A stretch of DNA of 64,000 bases, taken from the NCBI GenBank assembly GCA_000320545.1, contig ADNK01001159.1, positions 8,104 through 72,103 on the forward strand. The letters are read 5' to 3'. Every line of letters starts with the position of its first letter. Position 1 is the first letter of the stretch. Both the position numbers and the translations under genes were made by a program. This document shows, piece by piece, positions 51,673 through 64,000 of the stretch. Source of the stretch: Bigelowiella natans CCMP2755 (taxonomy: Eukaryota > Protista > Cercozoa). The notes beneath the pieces were generated by a model, which had not been told where the DNA came from, did not search any database, and was given only the letters and a program-made list of their open reading frames with translations.

Positions 51673-54378
51673 TCATCTACCTCTGTCTTCCTCTTTTGTT
51701 TTGCCGAACGGTAGCCGATGCTTTAACATCAGCAACGTGGCCGGTAAAATATATGCTCTCTTATTTTTCTTGCCTTTTGATTCTTCGTCGCTGTCGCGGC
51801 TGCGGTGAGCAGCAGACTTATTGTTTTCAGAGGATGATGATAAAGATGATGATAGTGATGATGTTGATGATGATGAAGTCGTCGAGGATGGGGAAGATGG
51901 TGGTGGCAGTTGTGGTGAGCTGTCAGCCTCTTGATTTTGGTGAACACCATCCAAAGTTGTGCTCATTGAAGAACTTAGAGAGGAAGTGGAGACTAAGTTT
52001 GTTTCATCTTCCCTTTCTGGTTTGCCTTCTTCCTCCTCTAGAAGGGCCTCTTTGAGGCGATCAACCAGCTCTGCTTTGAGCCCGTATCTTTTTAGTCCTC
52101 TTGAAGTAAGTTCCTCCCTTAGTTCCCCATATGTGAGAGATTCAAGAGGGCTTGATGATGTCACTTTTACCTTTACAGTACTTGGTATTTTTCTTGGTCT
52201 ACCTCTTTTTCTTTTTGGAAGGAGTGGAGTGTCAGTAGTAACACCACCATCTTCTTCTTCACTAGCATGTGTGGAGGAGGAGGCAGCAGTTTCCGTTGTA
52301 GTATTTTCAGTCGACGTTGTTGATGATTTTGTAGGTCTTCCCCTCTTTCTCTTTGGTGCCGTGTCATCAACTATTGGAACCACCTCAGCGTCCATGGCTT
52401 TAAAGGACAGTGGTAAGGTGGTGGTAGCTTTTATCGTCGTAGACTTTTTTGGCCTTCCTCTTTTCCTATTCGGTTGCTGATCCATATTTGTTGTTAGCGA
52501 TGTCTGAGAGTCATCTATAAGGAGAGAAACAATCTGAGATGTTGGTTTTTTCGGTCTCCCCCTCCCTTTCTTCTTCCCTGGTGGTAGTTTTATCGCCGCA
52601 ATTGCCAAAGATATAGCGAGAGGAGATGGCAATGAAGGATGATGGCTATGAACATCACCCATGCCCAGCCTGTAAATTGATACCAACACCTAGAACAATG
52701 CACATTTTCACATCCATCCCTCAGAACTCATTTGGTGTTAAATAATACCACACATCGTCATGGTTAGATCATGTAGCATTTCGACAGAAGTTTACCGGGG
52801 CTGCTTTAAATTGAAGTAGTTGAAGATCGCTTGGATGGTTATCCTTCTTTGAAATGGTAGAGTCGGTGGTGGTGGTGGTCGTGGTCGTGGTCGAGAGGAC
52901 GGTGCCGGTGATATCGGTGGAGGTGGTAGTGCCAGTGGTTGTGGCGGTGGTAGTAGTGGTTGTACTTTTACTATTACTGTCTCTACTATTACTACCATTG
53001 ATAGTGTTGATGAGATTGGTGGGAGTTTTAGCGGCAGGACGACTATCTATCGATCTTGTCGAATCGGTGGTGAATTTCATGACAGCAGCATCAATATCTG
53101 GAGGAGCATTGTCATCTACAAGTGCAATATTTGTGTTTACATTATCATCAATATAGTCTGCAGCGGGACTTGTTGCATGTTTATGGATAATTGCAGCCAC
53201 CAATACCTATGTAGGAATATATCAAAGTTGGAACCAAGAACACTCATCTGGGAAACGTATGCTTGAAATAATCCAATTGTTCTCTCTATCTCTCTCTCTT
53301 GCAAAGGAACACATCGGAACACATCCAACAGAGAAATAAAAGAAGAGTGATGCGAAATTTAAACGTGTTGCCAATTCTGTTCAAGATAAGACCACATGAG
53401 AAGAAATTCACCGACGGCTATCAATAAAATTAGCTAAAGCACTTACTGGAAAAGCGAGATGTTGAAGCGCCTTAGGTATCTTCGAGGAATAGTAAATGTG
53501 TCGATTTTCTTTTGTGGCCTTTGGTACTTCTGTGTGGTATATTTCGGATCTTCGATCTATTTTCGAATCACCAATATCATCATTGCTCGAAAATGGAATT
53601 ATGGTAATCTTCGACTCGCCATGATCACGATGATCATAATAATCATAATTGCGGGAATTTATTGAATCTTGTTGCTTACGAAGAAGATCTTCTGTTGGTG
53701 GCTCTACAACTGAGATTACAGCTGCAGGTGGCGCCAATGTTGTTCGTTGGGTTTGAACATTTCTTGTCGCAGATGCAAGCATACTTGCCACGTGATTCAG
53801 CCGTGCTAGCATTGCGATTCCAAGGTCAGTATTAAATGCTCCTCCCAACGGAACTGCATGACTCTGTGCACATTTTTAGTTCATAATAAGTACAAAACGA
53901 TCGATAATATAAATATATTTTCGACGACACCACTTACATCTTGATCCGGATGTAGCACATTACTTCTTGATCCATGCTTTCGGAAGTTATTTTTCCTACT
54001 GTCGTCGTTGTCTTGCCTCAGTGGGATATCTCTCGATTGCCATCGCTCGCCTTGGTCACGAAACATCATTCTGCTCGATTTGCACCTTGTGAAACGTTGG
54101 CACTGAGGCCCATATTGAGTAATTAGTCATTTGGAGTTCAGAACCGGTCTAGTTACGAGTTGTTCGAAAATAACTGTTGACAATTGTTGAGATAAACAAA
54201 CCATGTGTGTCTCCGCAAAACTCTTTCGCGAAGCTGGGACACTTGAGATGTCGCTTCTGCCACCAGTGTGCACCTCCCGTACAACACCTCGACTGAGAAC
54301 AGTCGCCGCTTCCGATAGCTGCCCCCCACATTCACAACCTAGGTAAACCAAGGCTACGACGAACCACTTTCGCCACAT
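51673..54378 (-). CDS. About 728-aa protein with an N-terminal signal-peptide-like leader, four AT-hooks and a SAP domain; 5 exons
   Basis: Exons 54378-54202, 54102-53938, 53863-53447, 53206-52796 and 52689-51673 join in frame via GT-AG phase-0 introns; KGRGRPKK, RKRGRPKK, RKRGRPTK, RKRGRPRK; SAP motif LTYGELREELTSRGLKRYGLKAELVDRL. Confidence 0.8.
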
Positions 54379-54979
54379 CAGCGACTTGCTGCTGGAAACG
54401 TAAGCAACTTCAAATCCTCGTCGAAGAAGATTGTTCGGAGTGATGACTTGTGAGTATGGAGAGGGGAGTGGGTATCTTTCTCTCCCCGACAGCTCTTCTG
54501 CTGCTACGACAATCGTCACTCATATCCGATCAAAGGGGAATACCTACATGCGACAACCAAATCCTAGGCAAGCGGCACATATTTCCAGAAAAACCAAATG
54601 TACAGCTACTGGAAAAACCGCTTCTCGTTTGTGTACGTGGTCTTTGCATGTCCTGCTTACGTCTTTCGTTTTCATGTCGCAACTTGCCAAACCACGGATA
54701 AAACGAACTGAAATATTGCCAGAAGATAGAGTATGCACAACCATTCGAACTCGAACGAAATTTACCGTAGTTCGTTCGATGTGCGTTCCTGAGGGTAGTC
54801 GTAAGAAAGAAAACGACCTACCCTTTGTGTTTAGGGGTTGTCGCAGGTATGAAAACGGTCTAGCCGTGTGATGTCTCGTGTGTCCCGAGATGAAGTAACT
54901 TCATTCCGAACGATCTCACGATCACTATGAGGGCTACTCGAAAGCTTTTGTTTGAAGGTTGGCAATGAAACATCATAGG

Positions 54980-56779
54980 ATGGAGTTCCATCGAAGCAAT
55001 TTCAACGGATGTGTGTCGTTTTCATTGTTTAATTAGGCAAGCGCGCCGTCATTACCGGAGCAGGTTGACCACATAAAATGTGCAAACCAAGGGAAGAATT
55101 TCTTGGATGAACTTAAACAACGTAGGTAAAGGAATAGGGCGAGGAATTGTTGACGAACTTGCAAAACGCGGAGCAAAGGCAAGATTATCACCGTTCGTCC
55201 CGTTTGAACCAATTATTTGATGCAACTCTTCGATGATAATGCATTTATTCCGACCAGTGCGAAATTATTAACTAATTGGATGCAGATTTATGCTGTATCC
55301 CGTGGTAAAGATGACCTGGACGCCATCAAATCGGAATATCCTGAATGTAATATATTTTTCTGCTCGGTTGTTGTCTTGATAGCGAATAAGGCTGATCTGG
55401 TGATGCTGATATATTGCAGCTGAAGTGTTCACGTGTGACCTAGCACAACCAGACATGGTAAGAAGAAGAGGGCAAGAAGAGAAAAGGCATAGTGTGTAGG
55501 CGGGCAAAAGAAGTGACGAGTCTCATCTTGCCAGAACCACCACACAGTAATATGCAGATAACTAAACGAGAGTAATCGACCACAACTAGGTAAAATCGGT
55601 CTTACAGGAGATTCCGGCCCCACACATGGTAACTTGATCAACACGGAGAAAGAAAGAAAATTTAAACATCTGACATGAGTGCCAAGTATCAATCGAAGAA
55701 TCGGAATTGTATATTCCTCCCTCTCTCACTCTCTCTCTCTCTCTGACAGAAGCAAGCACACAATCGCAAACATACTTCGAAGCGAGAGGGGGAGAGAAAA
55801 AGAGAGAGAGAAGAAGGAGAAGATGAAAAAAATGAAAAAAATAGAAGAAGTAGAAGAAGATACGAATATTTAGCGCGTTAGTTACCTTAATAATACAAAC
55901 AGGATTCAATGACATTATCTTAGGTGGTGAACAATGCTGGGATCACAAACTTAGACCCTTTTTTGGATACAGCATGGGAGGTATCAAGGCCAGATATACA
56001 AACAATCATTAATTGATGATGCGTCGATTATTCGAAGGAATTCGATAACCATCCGATGAACCAACACCAGTGTGAACACATTATCATCCTTGTTTTCGCC
56101 AGGCAAACTCACCATTTTCGTATACTAATCCAAATATTATGAATTCAAAGGATTTCGATGCTGTAATGAATGTGAACGTTAGGGCTGCACTGGTGATACG
56201 ATAAAATACATAGAACTTACCTGAAATGAATGTACATCTGGGAACTAAGCAAGTTCTTCTTCACGAAAAAGAGAAGAAACTTCTAATTTTTATAGAATAT
56301 TTATATGTATCATCTTCAGTAACACTAAAATTGATAACAGTTGCCGCGACACAATTTTAAATTGTTATTGCTATAATTAGATAGTGTCTCAGATATGTGC
56401 GCAGAAGATGGTCGATTCTAAGATAGCTGGATCAATCGTCAATGTTTCCAGTAAGTTCGTCACTATCATCATCACCATCATCATCATTATTATCCACCAT
56501 AATGCGTGTACACCTTCGAGTTCTCAGCCATATTTTGCTAATTTATTCTTGCTTTTCAGGCATGGCATCAGAAATCGGGCTTGAAAATCACACTTCCTAC
56601 TGCACAAGGTACTATGGCAAACACAAATGTTTATTATGATTACAATTCCTATTTTACGTAGAGTAATGATATGGGGATGCAAAGTTCTGCTATTCTACTT
56701 ATGTTTAGATTCCTTGACGATGATAATTTGGACCCTGGAAAACTATCTACACATTCTTTCTTTCATATATCTTCTTCCC

Positions 56780-56834
<55 letters not shown>

Positions 56835-56864
56835 CCTCTCTCTCTCTATCTCTTTCTGGGTGTT

Positions 56865-56946
<82 letters not shown>

Positions 56947-57744
56947 TAAAATCATAATAATTTGTTAAAATGCAAGTTATTATAATCAGCAAAGGGGCAA
57001 TTAATCAGATGACTCGAGTGATGGCTCTGGTAGCAAAACAGCCACCTTCCACTTTTATAATGTGTTCATGGGAATGGTTTATAATCGAAGTAAACTTGGC
57101 GTCTTAAATGGTGTTAATGGTCAGGAACTTGGAAAATATGGAATCCGCACGAACTGTACAACGAATTCAGATAAGAGATATCATAGATAGGGGTGGAAAC
57201 CTCAGAGAAGACATATACACTTTGGCTGTTATTGTAACAGAACGATTGAATTTAATTCAGCTCGCTCCAAAACATTGTTACCGTTTTAGCAATTTTGTAG
57301 CTCTTAATCGCACCAACCATCACTAGGTGTAGGACCGACGATCGTGTTCACTGCCATGGGGCGTCTTGCATGGAGTGATAAAGAGAAAAACAGACCCATG
57401 AGAGGTAGGTAGAAAACAAGCGTGTGATTTCATTAGCTCTTTTCCGATCATGCCATTTTGTCTGTTCCCATCACGACGTGTATCGTACTGATGATTCTTT
57501 TTGCAACAACAAATTAGAACGGATTCCCCTAGGGAAATTTTGCGAAGTAGAGGACGTTGTCAAACCTATAATGTTTCTCCTGTCCGATGACGTAAGACTT
57601 ATCCTTGAGCTCTGTGAGCTACTTTTCGTTGTGAATACCACTAGCTAATGCAGATTTATCCAGGCGGCGATGGTCAACGGGGCTATGCTTCCGATGGATG
57701 GCGGATTCCTTGCCTCACCATTCAGCTGTGTTGATGATGAATGA
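54980..57744 (+). CDS. DCXR: L-xylulose reductase / dicarbonyl reductase (short-chain dehydrogenase), multi-exon
   Basis: KRAVITGAG|KGIGRGIV, VVNNAGI, GSIVNVSS, HTSYCTS|KGA (YxxxK), PTIVFTAMGRLAWSD, RIPLGKFCEVEDVV, LPMDGGF. Confidence 0.92.
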
Positions 57745-57769
57745 TTACGATGTGCTTTAGCAATTAAAA

Positions 57770-58370
57770 TTCTACCTAGCTGGCGGCAGTAGTGTACGAC
57801 ATGTATTCGCAAACTACGTGTATGCTATGACGACATAAGCCACCTATAAATATCTGCTAAAATGTGTCAACGTGCACGATGCAGTGCATGGGCTAGACTT
57901 TCTTGCTGTGTTGTCACACTGTATCATGTGTTCTATTAGTGTAGTCTAGCCAGCTAGCTAGTGTGGTCTGGCTAACTGGACATCTATAATGATTCCAGGA
58001 CTGAGGATCATTGACCATGATGCGGTAGTACCACATAGCGAATCGCATCTTCTTTATCACTTTTCGATGTCCACCGCATCTTAAAATCACTTCATCATCA
58101 AATCATTAATAGTCGCGCTCGACGACTGTGCGTTGCTGTCGTCTGCACGCAACGGATCGAAGAACGCGACAAAGTGTTAACGTTGTTTTGCTATGCATGC
58201 AGTTCATGAGCGAATCGTCTAGCACTAGCATTAGTAAGCTAGCTAGCGCCTTGCTAGCTTGTTATGCATGCAGGGTGAGGCCAAACTCATCAATTAGCAA
58301 CATGGCTCATCGCCCTCATGTTGCATCCTATCAGTGTTCGCCCACACCATGATGCCATACTAGCATATAG
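57770..58370. other. CTAG-rich convergent spacer
   Basis: Clusters of ctagccagctagctag and agctagctagc; CATACTAGCATA at 58356. Confidence 0.7.
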
Positions 58371-58456
58371 TTAAAACCTGACCAACAATAAATCCTTCAC
58401 TATATATTAGGTTTTCCAAAAATCTGCCATTATTTTCTATTTAGAATTTTATTGAT

Positions 58457-59796
58457 TCATTTGCTCTTCATGTTGTCTATCGTCATAATGAGATCCTTAT
58501 TTTTCCTTAAAGTTTCCTCTAGACGATTTGAGAGCATTTCTGAATGCTGTCTTGACTTCACTAACTCATTTAAAGTAGTTTGTAGTTGTTCTTCCACCGC
58601 AATATTAAATTTTGAATGTGTTGCACGGAGCAGTTGTTCTTCGAGATCTTCGTTGTGTGAAAGAAGGACGTCGTTAGCTTTTCGTAGCCGTTTGTTGATA
58701 CTAGAGTTTTGCCTCAGTGCGTTTTCTATCTCCACGAATTTTACCTTCAAGTGACTCGCTAATTCAAGCTCTTCATTGAGCTCGACGACTGCATCACTTT
58801 TCAGCTTGCATTCTCTACGCATATCTTCTAATTCTTCCTTAAGCCGGTTATTCTCCTTTTTCAGATCCCTTGCAATCATAAAGTATGGCGTGGATCCATC
58901 ACCCTCCCTTTTAGAGTCAAACTTTCCCGGATGTTCGCAATATACACTTTCCAAAAATACTTTACGCAATCTTACACCTAAGCTCGAATAAACACTATAT
59001 CTGCGAAGCATTTCATCATAGAAGCGAAAGGCTACTTCAGCCTTCCCATATGTTGGATGGTCTGTCCCGTCTGCTTCTGATTTATATTGGATCTCAAGGA
59101 GTTGCATGGCAGCCTCATATTGAAGAACAAGAGACTTAAACTGCTTCTTCGTTTGCCCAATATTTTGCAGCTTGCTTAGATTATTTGTTTTCCTCATTAG
59201 AAATGTTGAGGGGGTATGGCTTTGAAGAATCGGAGAATGACTTGAGGAGTGTGATGGTACTTTTCCCAATCCTAAATTACAACAACATAGAAAATCTTAC
59301 AATTGCATTTGGAGTGATGATGTCAAATTTGGCGAGACCTTCTGAGTAAGAACGAGGTATTCCATTCTGTGTGATTAAAAGAAGAGTTATGTCTGCTGCA
59401 AGACTCTGTTCCAAAAAATGTCATATTACTGCAGTCATGGGACGGCGCGGAACCCGAGGGCGAGAACCCGTTCTGCATCGTGTTGTGGAGCGTTTTTCAT
59501 CAAGTAAGAAACAAGCACATTATCAATTAAAAAATTCCACCGCCTTTTAATAGTATATGTGATATTCAACATGAAACCAAGTTGACATTGTGTAGAAATC
59601 TTACGTTCTGTGCCTTCTCCTTGCACTGATTTGAGGACTGATCGACATGGTCTCGGGATGTGTGCGTGACCGGTGTTTCCGTCCTGTTGCAGCACGATTT
59701 CCATGGGCAGGATTTCTTGATGGCGGAGGGTAATGGAAGGCCTTCATAAATGAGTGTGATTGGGAAGAGATGGTGGGGGGCTCTTCGGGTAACCAA
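58457..59796 (-). CDS. Coiled-coil protein with weak TSNAXIP1-N-like resemblance; 5' exons unresolved
   Basis: 270-aa terminal exon with heptad-rich C-half and AFRFYDEMLRRYSVYSSLGVRLRKVFLESVY...TPYF; candidate upstream exon 59604-59796. Confidence 0.6.
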
Positions 59797-60343
59797 CTGT
59801 TCTTCACGATGAAGAAGGAGAAATAAGAGTTAAATTATCAGATAAATTTGGAATTTTCGAAGAATACGATGCTAATAATTGTAACGACATCGGTAATACC
59901 AATCTTTTGTTCAGGGTAAACTGGGTTGCTCTTCCGAACATAGCTCGCCACTACCTCCTGCCAGTAGCGGAATTCCCCCGGGAATCTCTAATACTACCCG
60001 CGGGAACCTGCGCAGAGCCTTCAGAACAAATAATCTGAACGCCAACCTCGGTGATAACGGGCGTGGGTTTTTCGTGTTGATGAACACAGTGATTTTACAA
60101 AATAACGACGACAATTTGTCAGCCAATCCTGTGAGTTCTGGGACATGGAAGGATGATAGAATCAGATTATTAAATAATTTTAAGCTCAAATTGATTGCCG
60201 TTGTATTTTATTCAATATTCATAAATATCTATGTCTTATACATAAAATAGACTGAAAATAGGATATCGGTGATTGTTTGGTATGAAAGAGCAAGACCGTG
60301 ACTGGGGTGTGCAGAGACCTTCCTCTAATACTCATCCCCCCAG

Positions 60344-63300
60344 GCGACGGACCTATGTTCCCTAATCATCAACGTCAGCAGCAACACGGCAGTGCCGTAA
60401 AACCCCTCTTACACGATCGTGATAATCCCGCAGCGAATGGGGCCAGAAGACGATGGGGTCCTCCTGGCAAAGCCCGATTCTTAGAAGGTCGCCAACTGGG
60501 TCACGCTCCCACAGCCGGGGATAGCATGCACAAAGGCAGTAAGAATGCTTACCAAAGACGTGACGATGATGACATGCGACCTTCCGAGGGCCATCACAAA
60601 CAAGAACATGAAACCACACATGGGCTAAAGTCTCCACACGCCCCTAGCATTGAAGGAAGTGGCCGAGTTGGGAAGGAAAGTAAGCAGCGTATCCCCCGAG
60701 ATATCATGCTTAGCCTTGGGGCGAAGCTTCACGTTAAACCTCAGGATATGATCTCCATCCCTGGGATTACGCTTGACAAGCCCCTTCAACCCTATAACCT
60801 TCTTCCAAAGGAGGAAAAAAGGGAACCTCCTGAACCCTTCGTTCTTCCGACGAGAAGCTATGGGCGAGGCAATGGCGCAAAGGCCAGGGGAAGAGGAAGT
60901 GGAGGTGATAAAGGTGACAGAAACCGTGGGTTTGGTGGATATACCGACAGGGGTGGGGGACGAAGTAGTTCAACGACGACATTTGGGGATAGTCAGTTTA
61001 CCACGACAGGCGGTTCTTTCAGAGGCATAGCTAACCGCAATCAGCGGTCAGACGGTGAACGTAAAGATAGCGATCAGCATAGCCACCTTGAGCACCGCCG
61101 AAGTGATGATAAGAGTGGCTTCGCCGGCAATGGGGCAAGAAAGTGGAGGAGTTCCCGTGTCCAGGCCTTAAAGACGGAGGAGGCTAAAGGCGTACATGAT
61201 ACTGGTGGGATGATATCTACCCAAAAGTTGGATGATAAGCTTGCTACTAAAGAATCCTCTCCTAGTATCGTGCGGCAGGTTCCACCTGGATTTTGGAATA
61301 ATCCCTCGAAGTCCGAGAAGCAGCCCAAAGTAACAAGAAACTGGTATTATAAAGACCCTCAAGGCGTTACGCAAGGCCCCTTTTCCAGTGAGCAGATGCG
61401 GGAGTGGTATAACAGAGGGTGCTTCCCGATTACTCTACCAATCAGCACCGATCCGTCGAAGCCATTTGCACCGCTTGGATCGTTCTTTCTAATGGGAAAT
61501 TCAGCGTTTCTTGATCATGTCCCAGAGCTTACAGCCAAAAGTAGTAGCAATGATGCTGCGCCAGCTCCTAACTCACATAATAATTCGATTGGACACGGAA
61601 GAGGACCTAATGTTCGCTCGGATAAGGCAATGGGCATTAGTGGCGATGCTTCTGATTACCGGCAAGGTGGTAGCAGTAGTAGTTTGTGGGGAGGTGACAT
61701 CGGTGGCCTTGACCGCCAGGTTCATACTTCTTTACGGAGAAAATCGCTCACTCCAACCAGCCCAGTGTCCCCCCCCACAAGTATAAGTCAGGAGTTTGGG
61801 GTGCCGTTGTTCTCAGACCGTGTGCAACCACAGGGTTCTCCACGCGGAAGTAGTGGTGGTGTAGGAGGTGGTGGTGATTCCCGTATTCTTTTCCCCAAAA
61901 CAAGGGTTGGGGCTGGAGGAAGAACCACCACAGCTCCTGGCAGATTTGAACCGCCACCACCATCACAACATATGCACCAGAACAACCCAATGGATCCCCC
62001 CCTTCACCATCCTCATCATCGTCACCCTCATCATCCTCATCCCCATCATCATATTCCTCATCCTCATCATAATATGCCTCCTCATCCACTCCCTCGTCAT
62101 CCTGGTGACACCGTGAGGTCTCCCTTGAACCCAAATGGTGCTGCTGCATGGGGAGGCGGCGGGAGTAATAATAATATGGGGTTATGGCAACAGCGTCAGC
62201 ACCAGCAGAACCAGCACCTCTTCCGTCATCACCAGCACCAGCACCAGCATGCCGTTCCCCCCCCCGGGCCTGGACAAGTGCCATTGCAATCGCACCAGCA
62301 CCAGCATCAGCACCAGATTCAGCAGCAGCATCAGCAGCAGCATCAGCACCACCCTACCCACCCTGGTGCTGCTGCTGGTGCCCCTTTAAATACTTCATCC
62401 TCTCCTCCCTCAACAAGTACAACAGGAGCTCCTCCCGTTCTTACTTCTGTGTGGGGCAATCGTCGTCCTTCAGCTGCCGATATGGCGTTTGGAATGGGAG
62501 CAGGAGCAGGAGGGAGGGAGGGAGGGAGGGAGGGAGGGGGAGGAGAAGCTCATATTGGAGGTTATACAGCACCCACAGTAGCGCCTACGAATGTGCCCCT
62601 GGTTGTACGGGAAGGAGGAGGAGGGGGGAGGAGGAATACGGTGGAGCAGCAGCAGCAGCGTCACCCCGGGGGATGGAGAGGAGAAGGAAGAGATCTCCAT
62701 GCTCGCAAGAATTCGTAGGCTTGATGTGAACGCCACTACTACTACTACACCAGCAAACAGTGATGGTGGTGGTGGTGGTGGTGGGATTGCTCAACAACCT
62801 ATGACAACAACTGCTGTTGGTGGTGGTACTGGTGGTACCGCTACTACTACAACTACTACTGCTGTTACGACTACTAGTCGATCCCTTCTGTACGATATCA
62901 CGGATAACCTCGCAGCAGGGCAAAACACAACAACAACAACAACAACAACAACAGCAAGAAAGTCGCAACAGCAACAAGTAGAAAGTGGCAATAGTACTGG
63001 TATTATGAGGAAAAACGATGATTTCGCCAAGCAAACAAGCGTGGGTAGGAAAGACGGAGGAGGAGCTACCGCAAAAGGGCCATCCAAGGATAAGAAGGTG
63101 ATAGTCTAGAGAAACATACGATTGCATAATATTACAGACCTGAGAATTGCTCTAGAGTTAAAATAAACTGATGAAGCTATCCTTTGTATTTTCTTTGTTG
63201 CTTGTTTTCTGATCTAATCTGATAATCACCATGTCTAACAATTTGATAACTTAAATCTTGGTAGCATCAGCGTGCCACAGCAGAATCTGGGTCCGCTGCG

Positions 63301-63840
63301 ATGCCTTCTTCGTCTCCGTCATCCTCCTCCTCCCAGCTTAAACAGGACAAGAAGGGCACACCGGCACCGCCGTCATCCCCCTCTGCTTTGGAAGAAGAAA
63401 AAGGCTTTTCTTCTGTTTCATCTAAGAAGAAGAAAAAGAAAAGAAAGAATTCGAAACAGCAGCAACAGCAGGCTGTGTTGTCGGCAGCGACTAAAACATC
63501 TGCATCATCAGCACCTTCCCAAAATAGAGAGGGGCAACAAGTTAAGAGTGGCAAAGGTAGTGCTGCTGCTGCTGCGACCTCAACAAAAGCTCCGGTTACT
63601 GCAGCGAAGCCTGTTTCATCATCATCATCACCAGTAGCAACCTCGAGAGGATGGGGGAAAGTAGGTGCTACTACTTCTACTACTGCTGCTGCTTCTTCCA
63701 CCACCACCAAAAAGACGACCTCGGCAGAGATGGGTGGTCCAAAGGGGGTGGGGAGGAGGAAAGCTGGTGAGGCAGCAGCAAAAACATTCGAGGAGATCCA
63801 ACGAGAGGAAGCAAAACGGCAGAAGGAGATCGACATACAG
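60344..63840 (+). CDS. GYF-domain (GIGYF/Smy2-like) low-complexity protein; continues beyond the window; start uncertain
   Basis: WYYKDPQGVTQGPFSSEQMREWYNRGCFP (GYF domain), His/Pro/Gln-rich regions, C-terminal KTFEEIQREE motif. Confidence 0.85.
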
Positions 63841-63856
63841 GTAATGATGATATTCA

Positions 63857-63907
<51 letters not shown>

Positions 63908-64000
63908 GAAGGGGAGTTTCACTAATTTGAGTTGTTCCAGCTGCTCTACTGGCGCTGTCAATATTAAATCCCCCCATCATCATCATCATCATCATCATCA

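Noticed and set aside
59314-59345. GTGATGA...CTGA as a second C/D snoRNA
   Set aside because: Antisense to the presumed host gene, no recognisable rRNA guide and no terminal D box or stem
62490-62720. Frame switches in the GYF gene as programmed frameshifting
   Set aside because: They coincide with G/C homopolymers and (GGGA)n; assembly indels or an unrecognised intron are more likely

Overview
Gene-dense, intron-rich eukaryotic nuclear DNA with many microsatellites. Signal-peptide plus transit-peptide-like leaders suggest an alga with a secondary plastid, possibly a chlorarachniophyte (inference). About 17 genes were read by splicing exons by eye: USP39/SAD1, RPC11, a CX5R phosphatase, a peroxisomal 2OG-Fe(II) dioxygenase, a divergent H4 / long-tailed H2A.X pair with 3' stem-loops, a GINT1-N-like propeller protein, LMF2, a hypothetical protein, SPF45, NOC4 (hosting an intronic C/D snoRNA), a Tudor-like/F-BAR/RhoGAP protein, a probably plastid-targeted RsgA, PMM, a signal-peptide-bearing AT-hook/SAP protein, DCXR, a coiled-coil protein and a GYF protein. 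The most striking signal is non-coding. Spacers downstream of gene 3' ends, but not the divergent promoters, form 0.4-1.4 kb islands. In them TpA is depleted, in the clearest cases almost erased except inside CTAG; TG/CA/CATG/TGCA are abundant, CpG is retained, CTAG is strongly over-represented and the palindrome CATGCTAGCATG recurs. This looks like a targeted TpA->TpG/CpA (A->G) hypermutation process that spares CTAG, the reverse direction of fungal RIP. All counts and splice models are manual and need computational confirmation.
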